Positions 47,831 through 56,672 of a DNA stretch of 64,000 bases are shown here, piece after piece. A program made the translations under genes and the position numbers. The DNA is taken from positions 1 through 64,000 of IMG/VR virus record IMGVR_UViG_3300044701_003953. One strand, 5' to 3'. The notes under the pieces were generated by a model, which had not been told where the DNA came from, did not search any database, and worked only from the letters and a program-made list of their open reading frames with translations. The first letter of the stretch is position 1, and each line of letters begins with the position of its first letter.

Positions 47831-48928
47831 TTATTTAAGCCCTGCTAGACGCTTGATTTCGATGACGTTACTGACATCAGCCTCAGCGGCGGTTTTAGCA
47901 GTTTTATCTCCTGTAACCTCTACTCGACTTTCAGCAACCATTTGCTTTTGGGCTTGTGGTTTGCTAGAAGCATTGAGTACAGCAGGTAGATACTTTTCAA
48001 ATGCGGACTGTAGCTTATCAGTCTGCACCGATTCTAGAAGCTCGCTCATTACAGCGGCTTTTTCCTTGTTGAGAGGCTTGAGCAGTTCGGCCATAGTGGC
48101 TTTGCGCTCTGATAGATCCTTGACAACACGGATTTCACGTTCTTTGGATTCCACGATCGCTTGTTTCTCTTCAGCCGCACGAACCGCTTCGGCTAACTGT
48201 TGATCTTTTTCTGCGACAGCTTCGCGTAGTTTAGCGATTTCTTTGTTCTCATTGAGATGAGTAACAGCAAATTCACCTGCGAAGGCTTCAAAGATTCTAC
48301 GACCAAACATGTTTTCACGTGCGATCGAGATGTCTTCTTTGAGCTGGGTCAGTTCAGACTCCAGATTCTTGGCAACACTCTCTTTGACCAGTTTGGAAGC
48401 CTTGGCCACGAAGTTTTGCTGGAGCTCGGCCATTTTGGCTTTTGCTTCGGCTACTAAGCGAACCTTGGTTTCTACCACTGCTTGTTTGTCTTGCTCAAAT
48501 TCCTGGATTTCCTCGGCAAGAGCCTTGATGACAAACTGTTCGAGTTTAGCGATGCTATTCTCGTAAGTCTTGCGATCACTGCGCAGCTCTTTGATTTCTT
48601 CAGCCAATTTAGTAACCATGAAGTCGTTGAACTTCTTGGAACTTTCTGTCATGTGAACTTTGTGGTTCACACGCTCTTCGGCTAGGGCTGCTTTTTCTGC
48701 TTGGAATTCTTGGATTTCAGCTTGGAGAGATTCTGTCACCATCTTGTCTAGAGCTTCAACCATTAATGCTTTATCGTGCTGATAGCGTTCCGCGAATTCT
48801 TCGCGTAATTCAGCGCGGACTTGCTCGCGAGCTTCCGTCAGCTTGGCTTCCCAGGCTTCAGAGATCGCTGTGCGAGTTTCCTCGTTGATGATGCCACTAT
48901 CTAGCAATGGTTTGATAGCATCTAACAT
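47831..48928 (-). CDS. gp22: Prohead core scaffolding protein (gp22-like)
   Basis: Glu/Lys/Ala coiled coil between the protease and capsid genes. Confidence 0.8.
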   Translation of the reverse strand: MLDAIKPLLDSGIINEETRTAISEAWEAKLTEAREQVRAELREEFAERYQHDKALMVEALDKMVTESLQAEIQEFQAEKAALAEERVNHKVHMTESSKKFNDFMVTKLAEEIKELRSDRKTYENSIAKLEQFVIKALAEEIQEFEQDKQAVVETKVRLVAEAKAKMAELQQNFVAKASKLVKESVAKNLESELTQLKEDISIARENMFGRRIFEAFAGEFAVTHLNENKEIAKLREAVAEKDQQLAEAVRAAEEKQAIVESKEREIRVVKDLSERKATMAELLKPLNKEKAAVMSELLESVQTDKLQSAFEKYLPAVLNASSKPQAQKQMVAESRVEVTGDKTAKTAAEADVSNVIEIKRLAGLK

Positions 48929-48937
48929 CGGTTTCTC

Positions 48938-49564
48938 CTATAGTTTCAGTTCGTTGATGAGACGTACAACCGCCTCTTTCATGTACTTCTGTACTCTTTG
49001 ATCTGTATTGGCTTCACGTGCCATTTCAATGATCCCAGCACCACCTCTCATGTTCATGAGTCCTTCATAAATTGCTTTAGGATAGGCATGAGGTGCGCTA
49101 GGTTGAGCAACAACGTCCACGGTAACGATTTCAAACTCGCTAACATGGCCGGTTCCTTCGTTTACATTGCCGGAACCACGGCTTGAAACGCCGAGTTTTA
49201 CACCGGCTTCCAGCATGCTCTTGACTAGATTTCCCATTGGTGTGGGAAGAATCTTGAGCTTGCCGTGACCACAAGGACCATCCATCCACATTTCTGTGAT
49301 CATATGGCTCACGCGGTCTAAGTTGATCTTTAAATCATCAGGGTGATCAACTTCGCCTAAAACGGAGTAACCACCCTTGATCTGCTCATTGATAGTCGAA
49401 ACAGCTTTTTCGATCTCGTTAACGGGATACACACGCTGGTTAGCGTTTTTGACGCCACCTTCGATGAATATACCTTTCATGTAGAGATTCTTGCCATCTT
49501 CACCGCTTTCAACGATCATGTTGGCGCGGTCAAATGTAAGATTCTCGCGGAGATACAGGGCCAT
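48938..49564 (-). CDS. gp21: Prohead protease (gp21)
   Basis: NANQRVY, GEVDHP, GVSSRGSG, DVVAQPSAP. Confidence 0.93.
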   Translation of the reverse strand: MALYLRENLTFDRANMIVESGEDGKNLYMKGIFIEGGVKNANQRVYPVNEIEKAVSTINEQIKGGYSVLGEVDHPDDLKINLDRVSHMITEMWMDGPCGHGKLKILPTPMGNLVKSMLEAGVKLGVSSRGSGNVNEGTGHVSEFEIVTVDVVAQPSAPHAYPKAIYEGLMNMRGGAGIIEMAREANTDQRVQKYMKEAVVRLINELKL

Positions 49565-49577
49565 CTCTATCTATTCC

Positions 49578-50357
49578 TTATTCTGCTTTTTTAGGAGCAG
49601 GAGCTTTTTCCAGGCTACCAGCTTTGGCACCAGGAACGTTTTTGTTACCGCTGTTGATGGTAGAAGGAGCTTTTACTTTGCCGCCTTGCTCTTCACCGCC
49701 TTGAGCTAGGTTCTTGGCAGAACCGCCCATGTCGTTTTTACCAGCAACTACAGAAGCTTTGTTATCAGCGCCTTCGGTGTTGGAAACACCAGCGACTTTT
49801 TCTACGTATTCACGCAGTTTGTCAAGTTCAGCTTGACCGTCGTCTTCGGCAACTTCTTCTTTGTCTTCTTCAGCTTCGTCTTCGTCTTTGGCTTCAACAA
49901 CAGACTCTTCCATTTCAGCTTCTTCAGCTTCGTGGTCGGCCATGTCGTGGTCGCCGTTGCTGTCGGCGTCAACTTCGCCCATCAGCTTGTCAAATTCTGC
50001 TTTGAGTTCGTCGAGAGCGTCTTCGAGATCCATAACGCGATCTTCGATAGCTTCTTCGCCGCCAAACTCTTCTTCGCCGCCCATGTCGTCACCGCCAAGA
50101 TCCATTTCTTCGTCGCCGCCCATTTCAGCGTCAACTTCCATGTCTTCTTCGGAGATGCCTTCTTCGTCGGCTGTGATCTCGTCAACGAGATCTTCGACTT
50201 CGTTGCCGCCAACAGTCTCTTCTACGCCTTGCTCGTCAGAGAGTAGGCTTTCATAGATGTCACGGCTCTTTTCTACTACGATCTCGTGAAACAGTTCACG
50301 AGCCTGAGATTCTTGGTCATTGATGATATACTCAATGAGCTTTTCATATTTGTTCAT
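49578..50357 (-). CDS. Highly acidic prohead core protein (gp67/gp68-like position)
   Basis: Extreme Asp/Glu content; located between portal and protease. Confidence 0.65.
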   Translation of the reverse strand: MNKYEKLIEYIINDQESQARELFHEIVVEKSRDIYESLLSDEQGVEETVGGNEVEDLVDEITADEEGISEEDMEVDAEMGGDEEMDLGGDDMGGEEEFGGEEAIEDRVMDLEDALDELKAEFDKLMGEVDADSNGDHDMADHEAEEAEMEESVVEAKDEDEAEEDKEEVAEDDGQAELDKLREYVEKVAGVSNTEGADNKASVVAGKNDMGGSAKNLAQGGEEQGGKVKAPSTINSGNKNVPGAKAGSLEKAPAPKKAE

Positions 50358-50475
50358 GGTAAAAGGACTCCTTTTAATATGTTCCGTTAAACTATTTACA
50401 AAAGTACGTAGATAATCACTAAAAAACGGCTGTTTTTTTAGTCAAATGTTACAAAAGTATTATCTGAGGATATTT

Positions 50476-50709
50476 TTACAGCGAAGGTGCGCCTTCGGCG
50501 CCGGGGATTGGGGCAGCATACTGACGAGAAACATCTTGCAATTCTTGTTCTTTTTCAAACTTGCGTACATCGTTGACCATACGGATTTTGTTAAGATCAG
50601 CAAGAGTTAGACGTGTTTTACGGGTATCAGTTTTCTGCAATACCGTGTTGTCGTCACCATCTTTACCGTAACCAGTAGGGACATCTTGGAAGAATTCTAG
50701 TAGCACCAT
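50476..50709 (-). CDS. Small hypothetical head-region protein (77 aa)
   Basis: Start trimmed to MVLLEFF (TAAATA-N5-ATG). Confidence 0.65.
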   Translation of the reverse strand: MVLLEFFQDVPTGYGKDGDDNTVLQKTDTRKTRLTLADLNKIRMVNDVRKFEKEQELQDVSRQYAAPIPGAEGAPSL

Positions 50710-50731
50710 AGTGTTATTTAACCAAAAACCT

Positions 50732-52444
50732 TTAAACTCCCGGTGCTGGTGCTGCTGGTGCTGCTGGTGCTGCTGGTGCTGCTTCGGCACCACCAGGTAC
50801 TACAACTTCAGCACCTGCTTCGCCACCTTCAACAGGCGCTGGAGCGAACTGTTCGGTGTCGGATTCGATGCCGCCGGGAGTGATGCCCACGCTTCGCAGG
50901 CCGCCGATATCACCGGTGCTGGATGTGGAGTTTTCGCCATGCTCTTCTTTCCACATGATCTCGTTTTCTGCGATCTCAGCTTCGCTCATGCCCAGATAAC
51001 GCTTCATAAGGAAACGCTTGCTCATGTAAGGAAAGCCTTCTAGCTGTGTGAAAGTAGCGATACGAGCCGCATCAACATCAGCTTGGCGATATTGTGCAAA
51101 GTTCTGTGGCTCTGTGAATACTAGATCAAACAATTGGTTATCGATGTTGATGCCACGCCAACGCATGAACAGTTTAAACTCACGATCCAGTGTGTCAGCG
51201 ATCAGGCTCTGCAAGCGTTTGCAGTATTGATTGAAACGCCATTCTTGTATGAGTGCTGTGCCTACTCGGCCGTCATTGACACTTTGTGTGCCGTCATCCA
51301 TGCCAGTAGGCAAGTAACTGCTAGGAATACGCAGGCCACGGAACAGCTTGTTAGTAAAGAATCGCAGATCGGTGATCTCTCCTAGATTTGAACCGCCTTG
51401 CAATGTATCAACGCTGGACCCACGACCGTCAGCGGTCACTGGGAAGAAAAAGTCTTCGTTAGTGCTGAGTGGGTTATAAGTAGCATCCATAACATTGGCG
51501 CCGCCGCCAGTTTGTGTAGGAATACGGCGCTGGCTGACTTCGTTTTTGATGCGATCAACAAAGGCCATGGCCATATGTGGAGGCATGTTACCCACGTCGA
51601 TCTTGAAGATCCTGCGTTCCGGAGCACGCTGTACACGATAGATAATGATGGAATCTTCAAGCAGTTCTTTTTGCTTGAAAGTTTTAAAAATATTTTCTAA
51701 TACACTGGTACCAAATGGCCAGAAAGCATCTAAACCTTCAGTGAGACTGACATGAACCACATGTTCAGCATTAATGGCCGCTTCGTTCTGCGCATGGCTG
51801 AAACGACTGCCGCCAGTGTAAGGTGTGTTGGGTTGTACATAAGCCGAACCGCCGTGTGTAGGTGACGAACTCATGGCGTCAGTGGCTGCCACGGCTGTTA
51901 CAGTGAGATTCTGGAAATTAGGATTGATGTCTTTGATCACATACTGCTCAAGTTTTTTTCCTTCGGCTTCGTTGACGATAACTTTAGTGACCTTGTTCAT
52001 CTCTACCCAAAACAGTTTGAATGTCTCAGGATCGCGCACAAACACTTGGTCGCCGTACTTGAGGGCATTACGAACCACCTTGAATATGCGCTTGTTGAAG
52101 TCGTTGAGATTGACCCACTGCTGTAGTTGCTCTTTGAGGATCTTGACTTCGTTGTCGGTGGGCGAATCTTTGAAAACTATCTCAAAAGGTGTGTGATTTT
52201 CTTCATTGCGCTGTGTGCAAAATTCGCCCAGGATGTCGAGAGCGGCATTGACTTCTGAGTCCATGTCCATCTGCTCGTATTGGTTGTAGCGATCCAAACG
52301 ATTGGAATGTCCTACATAGACATCGGGCAAAGTGCTGGCCCAGTTACGATAGGAGGCATCGGCAGCGCGGTTCGCGCCCGATATGGGACTTCCGCCAACC
52401 AAAGATGGCACATTTGATGTTTTAAAGTATTTTTTCCAGGACAT
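50732..52444 (-). CDS. gp20: Portal vertex protein (gp20)
   Basis: QKELLEDSIIIYRVQRAPERRIFKIDVGN, EDFFFP, LFRGLRIPSS. Confidence 0.95.
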   Translation of the reverse strand: MSWKKYFKTSNVPSLVGGSPISGANRAADASYRNWASTLPDVYVGHSNRLDRYNQYEQMDMDSEVNAALDILGEFCTQRNEENHTPFEIVFKDSPTDNEVKILKEQLQQWVNLNDFNKRIFKVVRNALKYGDQVFVRDPETFKLFWVEMNKVTKVIVNEAEGKKLEQYVIKDINPNFQNLTVTAVAATDAMSSSPTHGGSAYVQPNTPYTGGSRFSHAQNEAAINAEHVVHVSLTEGLDAFWPFGTSVLENIFKTFKQKELLEDSIIIYRVQRAPERRIFKIDVGNMPPHMAMAFVDRIKNEVSQRRIPTQTGGGANVMDATYNPLSTNEDFFFPVTADGRGSSVDTLQGGSNLGEITDLRFFTNKLFRGLRIPSSYLPTGMDDGTQSVNDGRVGTALIQEWRFNQYCKRLQSLIADTLDREFKLFMRWRGINIDNQLFDLVFTEPQNFAQYRQADVDAARIATFTQLEGFPYMSKRFLMKRYLGMSEAEIAENEIMWKEEHGENSTSSTGDIGGLRSVGITPGGIESDTEQFAPAPVEGGEAGAEVVVPGGAEAAPAAPAAPAAPAPGV

Positions 52445-52477
52445 GTATATTTCGCTCGGGTGTTATATTTACCGTGA

Positions 52478-54760
52478 TTACATTAGGTCTCGCATCATTT
52501 CCTGCGCAACACGAGCACGCTCTATTTCGGCTTTGGTTTCGTCTTGCTTGGTCAAGAACTGCTCAAACAAGGCAATCATGCGATTTTGAGCGTCAATCAT
52601 TGGTGCTGTTCCTTCGCCTACTATAGAGACCTGACCCGATTCAACACGATTGCGGCCTTCTTTGAGTTGCAGTAAGGTCTCACCAAAGCCCTTCATTATT
52701 TCATTAACTTGGGAACGGCCGGCTTCGGATTGTTCGAGTTCTCGGATCTTAGTAGTGGCAGAATTTACATAATCGACCATGGCTTTGCCAAAGTCTCCAC
52801 TGGTGTTGATTCCGTCGGCTACGCTGTTGCGTGTGGTGCTAGTGATCAGCATAGCGGCTCTGCTAAGTTTGTCATACCAGTCAGATTCAAACTGTATAGG
52901 TATCTTATTGTTTTCTAGTGGTACAATCGCTTCAGTTCCATGCATAGTGAGATTGGGCTTATAGCCCGACTGGGGGCCCGACAACACCGCACCCCCGGCA
53001 GCAGCCACATTTTGTCCTTCGACCTCGACTCCGTTACCTAGATCGATTACGCCGGGGCTTTTTTCTGCGGCAGCTTTTTTCTCAGCAGCGATCTCGGCTT
53101 CGGTCTTGGGAATGTCTATGCCTACTTTACGGAATGCTTCGACCATTCCTTGCAGGGCTGTGCTCAGCATGTCGCTGTACTTGGGCAAGGCTTTAGTGGC
53201 GATGTTTTCTACTGCCACGCTGAACTTCATGGCAGCATCGGTGGCTTTGGCAAATCCTTGTGTGGCTTCATCCTGTGTCCCTGCCATGTTTTCGGCCGCG
53301 GCGCGACTCTTATCGGTGTCGCCATAGAATCTTGCTGCGGCATCGTTTGCCATATTTGAATACTCAGCAACAGCGCCCCCGGCTTTTGCTAATATTACTG
53401 CTGTGTCGGCCGCGGCTGCGGCACCACCTGCTTTGTTGAGTCGTCTCTGTTCTTCACCAATGGATTTGACATTGTTTAAAGTTTGATCTTGTAGTTGAGA
53501 TGCTGTTACATTTTGATCTTTAACTCCTGAATACATGGCCTGCAAGGTCTTGTCAAATTCTTTGTTAGTAGCACGCATCAGTGCTCCACCAGCATTAGTC
53601 ACTGCGGTGCCTCCGCTGGCAAAATATTCTAGCACACTTTGTTGCATGCTCTTTGGCACTGATGCATAGGCTTGCATGAACTTCTCGCGTTCGTTGTCAC
53701 TCATGTTAGCCATCAAGGAGGCACGCATACTTTCTTTGCGTGCTTCTTCCATTTTCTTTTTAGCATCTTCACCAGTGATATCAGACAGCACTTTGAGATC
53801 GGCTGCGTACTTACGAGTGCCGGCGGCAATTTCTTCTCTGCTCATCTTTTCAAGATTGCCAGATGATTTCATGTTGGCCATGTACTGACTCATCACGATA
53901 CCTTGCTCTTCGTAGCTGTAGCCCATGCTCAGCATTTCATCTCGGAGTGTTTTTCCACTGCGGCCGGTCATTGTGCTGGCCGATTGCATGCTACTTCCAA
54001 TACGCTGTGCGGCTTCGCCTACGGTCAGGCCCATGCCCATTATTGATTCGCGAGAACTCTTAACTACATTGGTAAATGCCTGCAAATTTAGCCCACTGGC
54101 GCCTGATATATTGCGCAACTCAGTGAGACCACCAGCAAAACTGGCCCCCATGGCTGCGAAATTCTTCATTGATTCGGCTGTCTTAGCTAGTTCTTTGGCC
54201 AAGACGTCATTGGCTATCTTGGCCGCAGCCGACAAGGCTTCGATCGCGCCCTCAGCAGCACCTTTGAGTCCTTTGAATACTCCACCTACTATCGGAATTT
54301 CTGATCCAAGATCTAACAAGGCACCCGAAGTGGTCTTGGCTGCCCGAGCAGTCATGTCGATGCCGACATTGAGTAAACTGGCCCCAGTGCTTATAGGATC
54401 GGCAGCCACGCGGTCGTGCATTTTAATCAAACCAGCCGCTATACGAGTGGCATTGGCGGCCAAGTTGGTGGTGAAATCTCGTACACTGACTTTCATCTGC
54501 TCCATCTGATTGCGTCGATCGGCGGCTTCTTTGGCTGCCATCAATCGTGCCCGTTCTTCTTCAGTGGTGGCGTTTTTTAATGCTTCTTCAAACTTTTTAG
54601 TGGCTGCGGCTGCCTCTTTGTTGGCTGTGGCCGTAGGGGAACTGGAGTTTTTTGGGTCCATGGCCTTGAGTTGGTCAAGGATTTTCTCCATGACGGATTC
54701 TGAGGCTACTCCCTCAACTTGTACTCGACCTACACCAGGAATGTCAATATTAACGGCCAT
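52478..54760 (-). CDS. Tape-measure-like protein (760 aa)
   Basis: Long Ala/Gly-rich helical protein; C-terminal GAVLSGPQSGY...HGTEAIVPL motif typical of tape-measure proteins. Confidence 0.6.
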   Translation of the reverse strand: MAVNIDIPGVGRVQVEGVASESVMEKILDQLKAMDPKNSSSPTATANKEAAAATKKFEEALKNATTEEERARLMAAKEAADRRNQMEQMKVSVRDFTTNLAANATRIAAGLIKMHDRVAADPISTGASLLNVGIDMTARAAKTTSGALLDLGSEIPIVGGVFKGLKGAAEGAIEALSAAAKIANDVLAKELAKTAESMKNFAAMGASFAGGLTELRNISGASGLNLQAFTNVVKSSRESIMGMGLTVGEAAQRIGSSMQSASTMTGRSGKTLRDEMLSMGYSYEEQGIVMSQYMANMKSSGNLEKMSREEIAAGTRKYAADLKVLSDITGEDAKKKMEEARKESMRASLMANMSDNEREKFMQAYASVPKSMQQSVLEYFASGGTAVTNAGGALMRATNKEFDKTLQAMYSGVKDQNVTASQLQDQTLNNVKSIGEEQRRLNKAGGAAAAADTAVILAKAGGAVAEYSNMANDAAARFYGDTDKSRAAAENMAGTQDEATQGFAKATDAAMKFSVAVENIATKALPKYSDMLSTALQGMVEAFRKVGIDIPKTEAEIAAEKKAAAEKSPGVIDLGNGVEVEGQNVAAAGGAVLSGPQSGYKPNLTMHGTEAIVPLENNKIPIQFESDWYDKLSRAAMLITSTTRNSVADGINTSGDFGKAMVDYVNSATTKIRELEQSEAGRSQVNEIMKGFGETLLQLKEGRNRVESGQVSIVGEGTAPMIDAQNRMIALFEQFLTKQDETKAEIERARVAQEMMRDLM

Positions 54761-54770
54761 TTTTCGCGCT

Positions 54771-54819
54771 TATAAATAATAGTAATCTACTAATAGACTA
54801 CTGGTCTACTGTATTTATA
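54771..54819. promoter_or_regulatory. Face-to-face late promoters (TATAAATA on both strands)
   Basis: TATAAATA at 54771-54778 (+) and tatttata at 54812-54819 (-). Confidence 0.7.
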
Positions 54820-54832
54820 GGATCAAAAAACC

Positions 54833-55654
54833 ATGTCAAATCCCTTAGCCAAACATTTCCGGCAACCTGCCATTTACCTCAAAATACCGTCGGGCGGACG
54901 TTTTTGGCCCGAAGGCAGCATTGAACTCACTGCCACTGGCGAAGTTCCAGTGTTTCCCATGACCATCAAGGACGAGATCGCGCTAAAAACACCCGATGCG
55001 CTCATGAACGGCGAAGGTGTGGTTAACATGATAAAAAGCTGCATTCCTGCCATCAAAGATCCCAAGGACTGCCCCACAGTGGATCTTGATGCTATCTTGA
55101 TAGCCATTAGATTGGCTAGTTATGGACAAGGCATGGATATAAACAGCACCTGCCCGAGCTGTCAGGAAAGCAACGAATCCACTGTCAATCTCACTTCTTT
55201 GTTAGATAATATCAGGATGTCGGGTTTCGTACCCGAAAATATCAATGGCATGACTTTTGAATTTTGTCCGCAGACGTTCCGAGACATCAATCGTGCCAAC
55301 ATGATCGCATTTGAAGAACAAAGGATCCTGGAACTAGTTGGATCAGACCAGATATCCGAACAAGAAAAAAATCGCTTGTTCAAAGAAAGTTTCCAAAAAT
55401 TAACTACCATGAGTCTTGACAGCGTGGTATCATCCATCAAATCCATTACTGTTGACGGAGAGAGCGTCAATGACCCTGGAATGATCCTGGAGTTTTTTGA
55501 CAACTGCGATCGCAAGACCTATGATGCTGTTAAGAAAAAGATCGACGATTACGCGAACGCCAACAAGATTAAACCTATCAAATTGACTTGCGAGCATTGT
55601 AATAAAGATTACGAAACCGATCTCACGTTTGATCAGGCAAATTTTTTCGACTAA
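54833..55654 (+). CDS. Baseplate hub assembly protein (gp26/gp51-like)
   Basis: LPS/IPSGG, FPMTIKDE, two CxxC pairs; divergent from the tape-measure-like gene. Confidence 0.7.
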   Translation: MSNPLAKHFRQPAIYLKIPSGGRFWPEGSIELTATGEVPVFPMTIKDEIALKTPDALMNGEGVVNMIKSCIPAIKDPKDCPTVDLDAILIAIRLASYGQGMDINSTCPSCQESNESTVNLTSLLDNIRMSGFVPENINGMTFEFCPQTFRDINRANMIAFEEQRILELVGSDQISEQEKNRLFKESFQKLTTMSLDSVVSSIKSITVDGESVNDPGMILEFFDNCDRKTYDAVKKKIDDYANANKIKPIKLTCEHCNKDYETDLTFDQANFFD

Positions 55655-55727
55655 GGCTTTTGAATCTACGCTCTGACCAGGAAGTATTAGATTTTTTAGA
55701 TCGCCTGGAAAAAGAAGCAAAAGCCTT
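55642..55727 (+). other. Candidate -1 programmed ribosomal frameshift signal
   Basis: T TTT TTC heptamer in frame at 55642-55648; 9-bp inverted repeat 55653-55661 / 55719-55727. Confidence 0.55.
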
Positions 55728-55881
55728 GAGATCAGAAGCATTGAAACTCTGCTGGTACATGAGAGGTGCTATTAGTTACGACGAAGCTATGCAGTTAAGT
55801 TATGACGACCGAGAGATAATTTCAAAATTAATCGACGACAATCTCGAAACAACTAAAAAATCAGGATTACCATTTTTCTAA
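55660..55881 (+). CDS. Small gp51-like hub-assembly ORF, probably the frameshift extension of the upstream gene
   Basis: TTG start with no clear SD; -1 frame relative to the upstream ORF and open back through the slippery site. Confidence 0.65.
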   Translation: MNLRSDQEVLDFLDRLEKEAKALRSEALKLCWYMRGAISYDEAMQLSYDDREIISKLIDDNLETTKKSGLPFF

Positions 55882-55890
55882 GGAAATAAA

Positions 55891-56625
55891 ATGCGAGTAG
55901 CCATAGTAACACCAACTATTGGGAGTAAAAATCTCAAAAAATGCATAGAAAGCGTGCAGACACAGATCTATACTAAAGTCAAACATTATATCTTTGTTGA
56001 CGGCGCCGACCACGAAGACTCGGTCAATGCCATCATTGAAAATGCTCGTATGTTTGATGTTCCGGTAGCCGTCTCTACATTAGCTGAGAATACTGGAGGC
56101 AATGGATGGTATGGTCATCGAGTATATGCGGCGTGCGGATTTTTAATTGATGCTGATGTAATATGCTACCTCGACGAAGATAACTTCCTTGAACCAAATC
56201 ATGTATTAGACCTAATAACCGTAATGGAAAATCAAGAACTTGATTGGGCGTATTCGTTAAGGAAAATCGTTGGTCCAAGTGACAACATTATCTGTCGTGA
56301 CGAATGCGAAAGTCTCGGAAAATGGCCAACTTATGTGGGAGAGAATGTGTTCCATATCGACACATCTTGCTTCATGGTCAAGCGAGACATCGCTACTACA
56401 ATCGGGCATGCATGGTATTTTCAATGGGGAGCCGACCGTAGATTTTTAGCGGCACTAAAACATTACTTTCCAAAATTTGATACTTCAGGTAGCTACAGCC
56501 TCTGTTATCGATTAGGCGGTAACGAAGGATCTGTGACAGAAGATTTTTTCCACGAAGGCAATCGTATCATGTCTGAACGATATCCATCTGGATTCCCGTG
56601 GGATCGTAGCGCATTAGAATATTAA
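55891..56625 (+). CDS. Glycosyltransferase family 2 (GT-A fold)
   Basis: IVTPTIG, IFVDG, CYLDEDN (DxD-like), IDTSCF. Confidence 0.8.
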   Translation: MRVAIVTPTIGSKNLKKCIESVQTQIYTKVKHYIFVDGADHEDSVNAIIENARMFDVPVAVSTLAENTGGNGWYGHRVYAACGFLIDADVICYLDEDNFLEPNHVLDLITVMENQELDWAYSLRKIVGPSDNIICRDECESLGKWPTYVGENVFHIDTSCFMVKRDIATTIGHAWYFQWGADRRFLAALKHYFPKFDTSGSYSLCYRLGGNEGSVTEDFFHEGNRIMSERYPSGFPWDRSALEY

Positions 56626-56629
56626 AAGA

Positions 56630-56651
56630 AAACCGCCCCATAGGGCGGTTT
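56630..56651. terminator. Bidirectional terminator between GT2 and amt
   Basis: aaaccgccc-cata-gggcggttt flanked by A and T tracts. Confidence 0.8.
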
Positions 56652-56672
56652 GTTTTTAGTCGAAAAGAACTA

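Noticed and set aside
50357-50378. SD-sequestering hairpins (also at 17310-17320)
   Set aside because: Loops are only 1-3 nt and the late promoter lies upstream of the whole stem, so the T4-style early/late switch logic does not apply; evidence is weak.
50742-50781. 9-bp repeat (ggtgctgct) as a separate element or 105-aa QHQ ORF
   Set aside because: It simply encodes the PAA-repeat tail of the portal protein; the QHQ frame is an out-of-frame extension of the 77-aa gene.
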